A stretch of DNA of 64,000 nt from an uncultured delta proteobacterium. Its GTDB lineage: Bacteria > Desulfobacterota > WTBG01. Both the position numbers and the translations under genes were made by a program. Below the pieces are notes generated by a model. It was not told the origin of the DNA. It did no database searches and saw only the letters and a program-made list of their open reading frames with translations. Below, piece by piece: positions 31,150-40,720 of the stretch; position 1 is the first letter of the stretch, and each line of letters opens with the position of its first letter. The stretch spans positions 1-64,000 of the forward strand of contig CAWCBP010000006.1 of assembly GCA_963793865.1 (NCBI GenBank). Direction: 5' to 3'.

Positions 31150-31698
31150 CTACCATTCCACCTGCACTTTTTTCGTCTGGCCCGAAAAGCGGTCGTGGTA
31201 GAGGAGGTAGCCGTTCTCTCTGCCGAATTCGTACAACCGCCTGGTCAGGTCCACGTCATCCTTGCAATAGGAGGTGAGCTCCGCGATCTTCCCTTGCCGG
31301 AACCAGGTTACCGCCTGCAGGCCGTCGGCGCTCTTGTCGGCAGCCAGGGTGGCCTGGGCCAGGGCATTGAGGCTGAGCCGGTGGCCGAGTGTGCGCTTTA
31401 TGTGCGCCAGCATGTCAATGGTGTGAAGCTGGCTGAAATCCTTGGCGGTATAGGGCTTGAGCACCCGGTAATCAAAATCGATGATGTTGAACCCGATGAC
31501 GGTCTCCGCCTGGAAGAGGTCTTCGATGAGGAAAAAAACCTGGGGCTCGGTGTAGCTTTTAAAGGTCCTGGTCAAGGAGGAGTAGGTGACCGCAACCGAA
31601 ACGTGCAGCCGTTCAACGTAGTTTCTCCCTCCCACCTCGTCAAAGGAGTGCTGGGTCTCAAGATCGAAGAAGAGGGTTCCCTTTTTTTCGCTCTGCAT
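31150..31698 (-). CDS. RNase H-like (YprB/DEDD-type) exonuclease domain protein
   Basis: 'FDLETQ', 'GFNIIDFD', 'YCKDDV'. Confidence 0.8.
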   Translation of the reverse strand: MQSEKKGTLFFDLETQHSFDEVGGRNYVERLHVSVAVTYSSLTRTFKSYTEPQVFFLIEDLFQAETVIGFNIIDFDYRVLKPYTAKDFSQLHTIDMLAHIKRTLGHRLSLNALAQATLAADKSADGLQAVTWFRQGKIAELTSYCKDDVDLTRRLYEFGRENGYLLYHDRFSGQTKKVQVEW

Positions 31699-31709
31699 TG
31701 ACGTGTTGT

Positions 31710-32405
31710 TCAAGCCCGTTCCCCGAAAATGGCGGTTCCGATGCGAACTAATGTTGCCCCTTCTTCTATGGCGACTTCAAAATCCGAAGACATGCCCATG
31801 GAAAGCTCCTTGAGCGCGAGTCCGCCCCCGCTCTCTTCATTCAGGCTGTCCCTGAGATTTCTCAGTGCCCGGAAGTAAGGACGGGAGTTCTCCGGGTCAT
31901 CGCTGTAAGGGGGCATGGTCATCAGTCCTTCAAGGGAAAGATGCGTCAATGATGCCATTTCCCTGACAAGATCGCCTGCGCCCGCGGAGTCAATGCCCGA
32001 TTTTGCTTTTTCACCGGACAGATTTACCTCGACTAAAACCCTCACCCTTTTTCCGCTCTGCATGGCTGTTCGATCCATTTCCTGCGCCAGCGCCAGAGAG
32101 TCCGCCGAGTGGATCATTTCAAAAAGGCCGACGGCATGCCTGACTTTGTTGCGCTGCAGGTGGCCGATAAAATCCCATCGAACCGTGCCGGCGATCTCCG
32201 GTACTTTTAAACGGGCCTCCTGGATGTAGCTTTCCCCGAATATGGTCACCCCCGAGGCAATGGCTTCACGTATGGCATCAACCCCGACCATTTTTGAAAC
32301 CGCTACCAGCTTGATATCCGAAGGACTCCTGCCGGCCCTTCCCGCGGCCCGCTCCATTCTCTCTCGGATGCGTTCCAGATTGTTTTCTATCTCTGAACCG
32401 GCCAT
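31710..32405 (-). CDS. yggS: Pyridoxal-phosphate homeostasis protein YggS
   Basis: 'VAVSK', 'FIGHLQRNK', 'LSMGMSSDFEVAIEEGATLVRIGTAIFG'. Confidence 0.95.
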   Translation of the reverse strand: MAGSEIENNLERIRERMERAAGRAGRSPSDIKLVAVSKMVGVDAIREAIASGVTIFGESYIQEARLKVPEIAGTVRWDFIGHLQRNKVRHAVGLFEMIHSADSLALAQEMDRTAMQSGKRVRVLVEVNLSGEKAKSGIDSAGAGDLVREMASLTHLSLEGLMTMPPYSDDPENSRPYFRALRNLRDSLNEESGGGLALKELSMGMSSDFEVAIEEGATLVRIGTAIFGERA

Positions 32406-32604
32406 AGTACCTCTGCCGCTCATCCCCGTTGATGCCGTGCCGCGCACGATGAGCGATATCCGCTTTTCATTTCTTTTTATTTATAGTATAGGTAATCAAA
32501 TGTAAAGCCATTAGTGCATAAGCGCTGTGCGGGCGGCACGCCCCGGAACTTGAAAGGACGGTTTATGCACTGCAGACCCGTTAATAACCCAAGGAGACGG
32601 CGAT

Positions 32605-33156
32605 ATGAGAATGTGCATCGTGGCGGTGTTCGCAAGCGTGATGGCGGTTTGTTCTGCAGTGCAGGCCAAAACCATGTTCGTAACCGACACCTGCACAATT
32701 AATGTGCGGGTGCAGCCCGGCGAGGAATACAGGATCATGGATCAGCTTGCCGCCGACGAGACGGTCCAAGTGCTGGAAACGCAGAAACCGTGGGTGAAGA
32801 TCTCCTTCAAGGGCGGCCTGGAAGGGTGGGTGCGGGATCAATATTTGACGGCCGAGCAGCCGAAGACAGTGCGGATAGCCGATCTGGAGAAGCAGTTGCA
32901 GGAACAGGCGGCGCGCATTACCGGGCTGGACAGGGAAAACCTGTCTCTTAAACAGGAAAAGCTTACCTTCGATCAGACACTCAACACCCTCTCCGCGGAA
33001 AACCAGAAGCTGAAGCAGGAGCCGTACCAGCTTATGCTGCTGCTTTCGGGTGGCGGCATATTTTTGCTGGGCTGCATAACCGCCATCATCCTTCAGGCCG
33101 TCGGCAGGAAGAAGAGAGGGGGAGGTTTAAGTTTCGACAAGGGTGTCGGCTTTTAA
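32605..33156 (+). CDS. SH3b-domain, coiled-coil, C-terminal TM protein (TIGR04211-like)
   Basis: Signal peptide; 'INVRVQPG..WVKI..GLEGWV'; coiled coil; TM helix followed by KKR. Confidence 0.8.
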   Translation: MRMCIVAVFASVMAVCSAVQAKTMFVTDTCTINVRVQPGEEYRIMDQLAADETVQVLETQKPWVKISFKGGLEGWVRDQYLTAEQPKTVRIADLEKQLQEQAARITGLDRENLSLKQEKLTFDQTLNTLSAENQKLKQEPYQLMLLLSGGGIFLLGCITAIILQAVGRKKRGGGLSFDKGVGF

Positions 33157-33173
33157 CACGAACATAAGGTCTC

Positions 33174-33203
33174 TGTAGGGGCGACCGGCCGGTCGCCCCT
33201 ACA
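33174..33203. repeat. Perfect 30-bp REP-like palindrome between convergent genes
   Basis: TGTAGGGGCGACCGGCCGGTCGCCCCTACA. Confidence 0.8.
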
Positions 33204-33212
33204 GGTACATTG

Positions 33213-34412
33213 TCAGCTTTTATCGTTATAAAAATCCGCCACCGCCGCAACCACCGCCTCCTGCTGATCATGCGTTAAGTCCGGATAAATGGGCAGTGCC
33301 AGCACCTCGCGCGATGCCCGCTCGGATTCCGGGAGGCTCCCTTCCTTTACACCCAGATACGCGTAACAGGGCTGCAGATGAACGGGGACCGGGTAGTAGA
33401 TGCCGCAGCCGATGCCCCGCTTGTCAAGAAATGCCTTCAGCCCGTCGCGGTTGCGCGCCCGGATGACATACTGGTGGTAAATGTGATAATTCCCCTTCCC
33501 TTCGCGGGGGAGACGGAGCGGCATTTCCTGCCCTCCCGGCCCGTCCTGCGGCGCGGCCAGCCCCCTTTCCCTGAAGAGCCGATTGTAGGTATCGGCGTTT
33601 GAGCGCCGCCTGGTGTTCCATCGGTCAAGGTGCTTGAGTTTCACTTTGAGCACGGCCGCCTGCAGGGCGTCCAGCCTGCCGTTAATGCCGATGGTGTCGT
33701 AATAGTACTGTTCATGCTGCGATCTGCAGCCGTGATGGCGCAGGCTCCGTAATTTTGCCGCCAGGGACTCGTCGCCGGTGATCACCATGCCCGCCTCACC
33801 GCAGGCGCCGAGATTTTTTGTGGGAAAGAAGGAAAAGCACCCGCAATCGCCCCTGCTGCCCGCGTGGTGTTTGATCGCCGTGCCATCTTGCACATAATGC
33901 GCACCGAGCGCCTGGGCGGCATCCTCTATGATCCGCAGCTGATGACGCTTGGCAATTTCCGCCAGCGACTCCATGTCCGCGCACTGCCCGTAGAGGTGGA
34001 CCGGAATAACGGCCTTGAGCCTGCGGCGCTTTTCCGTTCCCAGGGCCGCGATGGTTTCCTCGAGTCTGCCCGGATCCATGATGTAGGTGTGCGGATCGAT
34101 GTCGCAAAAGAGTGGAATGGCCCCCACGCGGGAGATGGAGGAGGCAGTGGAGAAAAAGGTGAAGGGCGTGGTAATCACCAGGTCATCCCTTCCTATGTCA
34201 AGCGCCATCAGGGAGAGGAGCAGCGCGTCCGTGCCTGATGATACGCCGACCGCGCATGGCGTGTTCGTGTATCGGGCGATTTCCTTTTCGAATGACTCGA
34301 CGGTTGGGCCCAGGATAAACTGCTGGCTTTCGAACACATCGTCAACGGCGCGCTGCATCTCGTCCTTGATCTGCGCATACTGGAGCTTTAAATTAAGCAT
34401 GGGTACGTTCAT
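33213..34412 (-). CDS. DegT/DnrJ/EryC1/StrS aminotransferase (WbpE-like)
   Basis: 'SSGTDAL', 'PVHLYGQ', 'IEDAAQA', 'SFFPTKNLG'. Confidence 0.93.
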   Translation of the reverse strand: MNVPMLNLKLQYAQIKDEMQRAVDDVFESQQFILGPTVESFEKEIARYTNTPCAVGVSSGTDALLLSLMALDIGRDDLVITTPFTFFSTASSISRVGAIPLFCDIDPHTYIMDPGRLEETIAALGTEKRRRLKAVIPVHLYGQCADMESLAEIAKRHQLRIIEDAAQALGAHYVQDGTAIKHHAGSRGDCGCFSFFPTKNLGACGEAGMVITGDESLAAKLRSLRHHGCRSQHEQYYYDTIGINGRLDALQAAVLKVKLKHLDRWNTRRRSNADTYNRLFRERGLAAPQDGPGGQEMPLRLPREGKGNYHIYHQYVIRARNRDGLKAFLDKRGIGCGIYYPVPVHLQPCYAYLGVKEGSLPESERASREVLALPIYPDLTHDQQEAVVAAVADFYNDKS

Positions 34413-34493
34413 GGTTTTTCCTGCGGGGTTGCGTTAATAACATGAGACCCTTCACTCCATTCAGGATGACAGCGACACAGCATACTGTAGCCA

Positions 34494-34544
34494 GTAGGAG
34501 CGGCTTTACGCCGCGAATGTAATCGCGCATGAATGCGCTCCTAC
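34494..34544. repeat. REP-like inverted doublet
   Basis: GTAGGAGCGGCTTTACGCCGCGAA...TCGCGCATGAATGCGCTCCTAC; related copy at 59453-59502. Confidence 0.65.
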
Positions 34545-34585
34545 CGAACTTTCTTTATAGGTTCTTGACAGCTTTGGCAAGCTTT

Positions 34586-36226
34586 TTAGCTGGTTTCCCT
34601 TCTGATTCCTTCCCAATACGACCGAAGGGTTTTATCTCTTCTGTTGCCGGTGTTGAGGTAGCATTGCAGAAAGCGGAGCCGGTCCCGGGTCGAAAGGGCC
34701 GGGATGCTGAGCAGGGAGCGGTTGAGCCGCGTCAGGTCCCTGATCCGCTCCGCGGGACGAACCGTGTCCCTGATCCGGATGCCGTCTAAATCAGTCAGAT
34801 AGAGTGTTGTGCCGCCGCCCGTTGTGCGCTGCACCAGTATGTTTGCCGCCTTGAGATCACGGTGCCAGATGCCGCGTTCATGCATCATCTGCACCAGCAG
34901 CGCTGCTGCGCGAATGAGATTGCTTTTGTCAACGGCGCATTCAGCAGCCGACCCTGATCCTGCTTCCCGGAAGAGCCCGCTCAATGGAACGGCCTGCGCA
35001 ATATTTTGCGTGATACAAAAACTCTCTCTCAACACCCGCATCCTTCTCTTCTCCCCAAAGGCAACCGGCAACGGAGTGGATATCTCTCTGGCCAGCAGGG
35101 CATGCGCCGTCTTCCAGGTCCGTTTACCCCGGGAGCTGCGGAAGAGGTTTTTCAAGGCATAGAGGCTGTTCTGATAATTGTATCGCTTGATGAAGATGGA
35201 AGCGGGTTTGCCTGCCATGATCAGCGGCAGGGTGCAGGAAGAGGTGGTGTTTGAATTTTTTATAATACTGCAGGCGGGATCCGAAAATGCACGCCCGGGA
35301 TCCTGAAGCAGTTCCAGGAGTGCCGGTGAGGAGAACTCCCCCCTGAGAAATCCCCGGCAGGCAGGGAAGCGGAAGGGGATGAAGTACTTGTTATGCTTCA
35401 GGCACCTTCGCGATTTCCCGGCCCAGATCCTTTTCAGCATCCTCTCCGACCGGCTTTCAATGCGCCGGGCAAAATGCCGGAGCCGTTTTCTCCACCGTTC
35501 ATCACCCCGCGCATACTCTGCAAGAAAGCGGAAGCGCTCTTCCCCTCGGGCAGTGAAGCGGAAGGCGGTGCCGAGTGCCGCAAGGTTGTCAACCCGGTCA
35601 CGGTCATTAAGCCGGGATATCAGCCGCACGCGGTGCAGGTCCATGAGATACCACCTGATGTTATGCAGGTCCCGGGCGTCGATGAGGATGTTTCCCCAGT
35701 GGAAGTCCCGATGCAGGATTCCCTTGCGGTGCAGGTCCCGGACAAAGCGGGCCAGGCTGCGTATGATCGTTTTCCCGGCCACCCGTGACGTTTGCGCATC
35801 ACGTGACTGCCGGTCAAGCAGGTAATCTTTGAGTGATCGCGCATTATCAATTTCCCGCGATATGAGATAGCTTGCGGCGGGCAGGCCGAATCGGCGCAGG
35901 GTTCCGACCGCAAGCGGTTCAAAGGTGGGTATTCCCCGCGCCGCGATCCGAAGGGAGGTTTTCCACTCCCTGTCGGCGGGCGAGTGAAACATGTGTTTGA
36001 GCCGGCCGGTGAAATGAGGGAAGCGGTATTGCTTGAGGTAGAGGGCGGGAATCTCCGGGGATTCCGGATTCAGCAGCGCGACCGTCCGTGAAGGCAGCTC
36101 CCGTTTCAGCAGGGTATGCCTTACACCTTCCCCTGTGATCAGGCGGTTGAGCACCGCGGGAGAAAGGGTGTCGCGGTATGCTTCTTTGACGAGCCAGGCT
36201 GGCTGGTGCCGGGACATGGTTTCCAA
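34586..36226 (-). CDS. LPS kinase (Kdo/WaaP/InaA family) with two tandem kinase domains
   Basis: Catalytic loops 'HRDFHWGN..MDL' and 'HRDLKAAN..TDLD'. Confidence 0.85.
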   Translation of the reverse strand: METMSRHQPAWLVKEAYRDTLSPAVLNRLITGEGVRHTLLKRELPSRTVALLNPESPEIPALYLKQYRFPHFTGRLKHMFHSPADREWKTSLRIAARGIPTFEPLAVGTLRRFGLPAASYLISREIDNARSLKDYLLDRQSRDAQTSRVAGKTIIRSLARFVRDLHRKGILHRDFHWGNILIDARDLHNIRWYLMDLHRVRLISRLNDRDRVDNLAALGTAFRFTARGEERFRFLAEYARGDERWRKRLRHFARRIESRSERMLKRIWAGKSRRCLKHNKYFIPFRFPACRGFLRGEFSSPALLELLQDPGRAFSDPACSIIKNSNTTSSCTLPLIMAGKPASIFIKRYNYQNSLYALKNLFRSSRGKRTWKTAHALLAREISTPLPVAFGEKRRMRVLRESFCITQNIAQAVPLSGLFREAGSGSAAECAVDKSNLIRAAALLVQMMHERGIWHRDLKAANILVQRTTGGGTTLYLTDLDGIRIRDTVRPAERIRDLTRLNRSLLSIPALSTRDRLRFLQCYLNTGNRRDKTLRSYWEGIRRETS

Positions 36227-36232
36227 GCGAAG

Positions 36233-37393
36233 TTACTTTTTATATTTCTTCAGCACCCTGCTGACGGCATCGATGACGTCATTCACATCCCGGTCGGTGA
36301 GCTTGGCAGAAAGCGGCAGGGAGATGGTCCTGTCTGAAACGCAGTCGGCGTTGGGGTAATCCCCGGGGGCAAATCCGAAGCGCTGCACGTAGTAGGGCTG
36401 AAGGTGCAGGGAAATGAAGTGAATACCGGTGCCGATGTTTTCTTCGTAGAGGGCCTGCTGGATGGTATCGCGGCCGACGGTAAGCTCTTCCAGACGCAGC
36501 AGGATGGTGTACAGGTGCCGGGCATGGGTGGTGTCGGCCTCTGCCGGCGCGGGGGTATCCAGGGGCAGGTGTCTGAAGGCTTCATCATAGCGCTGCCAGA
36601 TTTCCTCGCGCCGCGTGAGGTAGTCACCCACCTTCCGTATCTGGTGAATGCCCAGCGCCGCCTGCAGGTCCATCATGTTGTATTTGAATCCGGGGAAAAT
36701 GATCTGGTAGTGCTTGAACCCCTCGTCGGAGTAGCGCTTCCAGGCGCCCTTGCTCATGCCGTGCAATCCGTAGGTTTGGATCATCTCCGCGTAGCGGTCG
36801 TTGGCGGTGGTGATCATGCCTCCCTCGCCGGTCACCAGGTTTTTGGTGACATAAAAGCTGAACACCGTCAGGTCGCCGATGACGCCGATCTTCCTGCCCC
36901 GGTACACGGCCTCCAGCGCGTGGGCCGCGTCCTCGATGATGATGAGGTCATGCCTGCGCGCGATGTCGGTTATCTCATCCATGGGGCAGGGCCTGCCCGC
37001 GAAGTGAACGGGGACGATGGCCCTGGTCTTGGTGCTGATCTTTTCCTCGATTTTTTGGGGATCAATGTTCATGCCGGGGAGGCTGATGTCGGCGAACACC
37101 GGGGTCGCGCCGCTGTGAATGATGGCATTGGCGGTGGCGCCGAAGGTCATGGGGGAGGTGATGATTTCGTCGCCCGCCTTTAATCCGGCAACCACCATGG
37201 ACAGGTGAAGCCCCGCCGTGCAGGAGTTGAGCGCGAGCGCGTGTTTGGCCCCGGTATAGTCCCTGAAGAGCGCTTCAAACCGCCCGACCTTGGGGCCGGT
37301 GGAGATCCACCCCGAGCGCAGGGAATCCACGACCTCGTTGATTTCATCCTCCTCGATCCTCGGGCTTCCAAAAACTAAAAAATCTTTTCGCAT
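36233..37393 (-). CDS. DegT-family sugar aminotransferase (ArnB/SpsC-like)
   Basis: 'NSCTAGLH', 'PVHFAG', 'EDAAHA', 'SFYVTKNL', 'GEGG'. Confidence 0.93.
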   Translation of the reverse strand: MRKDFLVFGSPRIEEDEINEVVDSLRSGWISTGPKVGRFEALFRDYTGAKHALALNSCTAGLHLSMVVAGLKAGDEIITSPMTFGATANAIIHSGATPVFADISLPGMNIDPQKIEEKISTKTRAIVPVHFAGRPCPMDEITDIARRHDLIIIEDAAHALEAVYRGRKIGVIGDLTVFSFYVTKNLVTGEGGMITTANDRYAEMIQTYGLHGMSKGAWKRYSDEGFKHYQIIFPGFKYNMMDLQAALGIHQIRKVGDYLTRREEIWQRYDEAFRHLPLDTPAPAEADTTHARHLYTILLRLEELTVGRDTIQQALYEENIGTGIHFISLHLQPYYVQRFGFAPGDYPNADCVSDRTISLPLSAKLTDRDVNDVIDAVSRVLKKYKK

Positions 37394-39390
37394 AGTGCGT
37401 TCCCTGTGTGTGCATGGTTGGATTTTTTTTGCCGCAGCTTGCCGTCATGCATGCGGATTCTCTCGGTTTTGCGCAGCACCTTCCGGATGAAGGGTTTGAG
37501 GGAAGGGTGCGTTCCCCCCCCGTCCCCGTAATGGCGCAGGAATCTCAGCCGGTCGGTCCTGGTGACGCACTGAAGATCAGCCGAGTAGTTGAGTGCCGCG
37601 AGGTCCTTTACCTTCCACCTGGCAGACACCCTGTTTCGTCGTTGTGCGCGGTGAAGATCTGCAATATAAATGCGCGGGGCTGCAGGTGCGTTTTTTTTTA
37701 CCAGCAGGTGACAGAGGTACAGATCCCGGTGATTGATCCCCGACCCGTGCATCCGCCTGATCAGGAGGGCAAGTTCCTTAATCAATTGCCGCTTGTCCGC
37801 TATCTGCTTCCATGTCAGGGGACGGATCATATCCCGGGCCAGGTAGTGGTCCAGTCGCTCTGTTCCCTCAAGCTCCCTGGTTATGAGAAAGGACTCGCAT
37901 TGTGCCGGCCCGGTTTTGCGCATGCCCGCGGCAAGGGGAATCATGGTGGGAATCCCCAGGCGATGAAAGGCGAGGATGTTGTCCCACTCATGCATGGCTG
38001 TCCCGCGCGGTGAAATGCCTGCCAGGCATGTGATGCCGCCCCTTCGGTAGCGCTTGAGATACACGCCTGCTTCACCATCATTGTCTGTGAGCGCCATTCT
38101 GACGGTTGAGCGCAACACCCCGACCTGCTTTACGGTTGCGCCGCGGTTGCAGCGCATGACCGCGTCGAAGTCGAAAAGATTGTTTTTCGCCAACAGCTTC
38201 GCTGCCTCCCGGTTGACAATTATACCGTTCTGCCGCGAGAAGGCAAAGCGTTTCCTGGCGGAGATGACTTTATTGTAGATCTCCAGGGTTTTTTCAAGAT
38301 TTTTCTCCAGGGTGTAATGCCGCGCGGTGGCCGCGGCATGTTCCCCCATGGCTTCGCAGACACCCTCGGGGATCATGCGGGAAATTTTTTCCGCCATCGC
38401 TTCCAGGCGGTTGGCATCTTCGAGAACACCGCCGTTTACACCTTCATTGATCAATTCCGTCGCCCCGTTGTTCCGGGTGGTAATGACCGGAAGGCCGCAG
38501 GCCAGGGCCTCGAGGCAGACGTTGGAGAAAGGGTCGTAAAGGGTAGGGAGTATCAGGAAATCACTTGCCCCATAGTATTCCTCCACCGCCGGCGTTTCAT
38601 CGATGAAGATGACCCTGTCTGCCACACCCAGCTCGGCGGCAAGCCGCCGATAGGGCCGCGAAGTTTCCCTGCCCACTACCACCAGCTTTATGCGATGCCT
38701 GTTTTTTTTGAGCAGGCTTAAGCTCCGCATGAGCTGCTCAAGCCCCTTCCTTTTATAGTTCCGGCTCACAAAGAGCATAACCCGTGCATCAGTGTCCACC
38801 GCCATCTTTTCGCGCACCTGTTTACGATACCTTTGTTTTACGCCGGGATTAAAGCGGTTCAGGTCAACCCCGTTGTAAATCACTTCAATCCTGTCCTCGG
38901 GAACATGGTAGCAGCTCATGAGCTGCTGTTTGCACAGCTTCGAATTGGCAATTATATACCCGTAGTGGTCAGGTTTGAAAATCTGTTTTTCTATGGAGAG
39001 AATCATGATGTGCCGCGGATTAAGCCGGGAAAGGGTTCTCGTGAGACCGGATGACGACCGCATCTCCAGGTTGAAGCGATGCAGGCCATCTCCCGCGCGA
39101 TACACGTCCTGGGGAAACGCCTGGGAAAAACCGTGCACGACATCGAACTGCGCGCCTTCAAGCAGCCGCCTGACGTTCAGCGCGAAGGAAAGATTTTTCA
39201 GGGGTGAATACCAGGAAAGGACGGGCACCTTGTGAAAGGTGATGCGCGGCTCAGCGGGCAGGTCCCAGGAATTGGCAAAGACATGCACCTCGTGGCCCCG
39301 GCCGGCTAAAAGACGGCTCAGGTGTACCACGTAACTTTCCGCCCCTCCCCACGTGAGCGTGTACTCTTTCCTGATCAGCGCGATTTTCAT
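37375..39390 (-). CDS. GT4 glycosyltransferase (WaaG-like) fused to WaaP-like heptose kinase
   Basis: 'WGGAESY', 'YDPFSNVCLEALACG', and C-terminal 'NHRDLYLCH..ADLHR..KDLAAL'. Confidence 0.88.
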   Translation of the reverse strand: MKIALIRKEYTLTWGGAESYVVHLSRLLAGRGHEVHVFANSWDLPAEPRITFHKVPVLSWYSPLKNLSFALNVRRLLEGAQFDVVHGFSQAFPQDVYRAGDGLHRFNLEMRSSSGLTRTLSRLNPRHIMILSIEKQIFKPDHYGYIIANSKLCKQQLMSCYHVPEDRIEVIYNGVDLNRFNPGVKQRYRKQVREKMAVDTDARVMLFVSRNYKRKGLEQLMRSLSLLKKNRHRIKLVVVGRETSRPYRRLAAELGVADRVIFIDETPAVEEYYGASDFLILPTLYDPFSNVCLEALACGLPVITTRNNGATELINEGVNGGVLEDANRLEAMAEKISRMIPEGVCEAMGEHAAATARHYTLEKNLEKTLEIYNKVISARKRFAFSRQNGIIVNREAAKLLAKNNLFDFDAVMRCNRGATVKQVGVLRSTVRMALTDNDGEAGVYLKRYRRGGITCLAGISPRGTAMHEWDNILAFHRLGIPTMIPLAAGMRKTGPAQCESFLITRELEGTERLDHYLARDMIRPLTWKQIADKRQLIKELALLIRRMHGSGINHRDLYLCHLLVKKNAPAAPRIYIADLHRAQRRNRVSARWKVKDLAALNYSADLQCVTRTDRLRFLRHYGDGGGTHPSLKPFIRKVLRKTERIRMHDGKLRQKKSNHAHTGNALCEKIF

Positions 39391-39478
39391 GGTATGGCGA
39401 AAAAGCCGGCGTTTAGAATAAAATTTTCGGACATTTGCTGCGAGTGACAAGAAGGATTTCAAATATCTTTGGCTAGCA

Positions 39479-40435
39479 TTATGTGCAGATCTTTTCTCCA
39501 CCTGCCAGACCGCCATCCTTCGGACATCCCTTCACGTGCCACTTGAGCAACCCACTGTAAATGCGGTAGTGGCGCACGAGACCTTTATTCATCCCGAGGG
39601 TACACACAATGCCCGCAGAAACCAGGAGCAGGTTGACAACGAGCTTGAGAACTTTTCCCGCCCGGAGGACATAGTAACTCAAGGCGCTGCGGTTTTTTTT
39701 AAAAAACATGTAAAGCGAGCGATAGTATTCAATCCACGCCTTGACCGGGCTTTTCTCCTTGCTCTTGCCCTGCAAATGGTAGACGCGGATGTGGGGGAGA
39801 TGATAAACGAGCCAGCCGGCCCTCCTCATGCGGAAGCACCAGTCGGTTTCTTCCAGGAAGAAGAAGTAGTCTTCGTCAAGGCCGCCCACCTTCCTCACCG
39901 CCTCGGCACGAACCAGCATGCAGGCGCCGATGACCGAGTCCACCTCAAGCGGTTCCCGGTAATCCCTGCGCTTGCTGGGATAGCGGGCGGGAAACAATGT
40001 TTTCAGGATGGTTTTATTGAAGAGCTCTGTCGCCAGGGTGGGAAAGCTGTCAAAGGAATTCTGTCTGCTTCCGTCGATGTCGATGTACCGGCAGGCAGCG
40101 ATTCCCGCCCCCGGTGTTTTATCCATAAAGGCAACCAGTCCCTGGAGAGACCCCTCGGTAAGCGCCGCATCGGAGTTGAGCAGGAGGAGGTAGCGGCCCG
40201 CGGCCCGGGCAAGGGCCTGGTTGTTGGCCCGGGCGAAACCCAGGTTCAGGTTGTTTTGAATGATGGTTACCCCGGGGAACTGTTCCCGCACGGCCCCGAC
40301 ACTCCCATCCTCTGAACCGTTGTCAACCACCATGATCTCGACATCAAGACCGGACGCGGTTGCAAAAACCGAGGAAAGACAGTTGAGCAGAAGCTCCCGG
40401 GTGTTCCAGTTGACGATAATGATTGAGACGTCCAT
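39479..40435 (-). CDS. GT2 glycosyltransferase (rhamnosyltransferase-like)
   Basis: 'SIIIVNWN', 'VVDNGSEDG', 'LLNSD', 'FFLEETDWC'. Confidence 0.9.
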   Translation of the reverse strand: MDVSIIIVNWNTRELLLNCLSSVFATASGLDVEIMVVDNGSEDGSVGAVREQFPGVTIIQNNLNLGFARANNQALARAAGRYLLLLNSDAALTEGSLQGLVAFMDKTPGAGIAACRYIDIDGSRQNSFDSFPTLATELFNKTILKTLFPARYPSKRRDYREPLEVDSVIGACMLVRAEAVRKVGGLDEDYFFFLEETDWCFRMRRAGWLVYHLPHIRVYHLQGKSKEKSPVKAWIEYYRSLYMFFKKNRSALSYYVLRAGKVLKLVVNLLLVSAGIVCTLGMNKGLVRHYRIYSGLLKWHVKGCPKDGGLAGGEKICT

Positions 40436-40720
40436 ATGTCGATGCTGTGGCCGGGAAGGTGCCGGCTGCTGTCCGCAGCCCGATTCGTAAACAGGTGAGC
40501 AGTAACTGATATGCTCACGGCCTGCAGGTATGTGAGACATGGAAATAATGCCTTCACGCCGGTTAGGATTGTAGTAAGAACCGGGGACCATGTCAATGAA
40601 AACCAATGAATGCGGTCTGCGCAGGAGGTTCTCCCGGCCAACAAATAATTTGTAATCGTTTCGCCAATAGGGTAGAGTGCCAAATTAATTCTACAAATGC
40701 AGTAAGGGAAAAGGTAATCA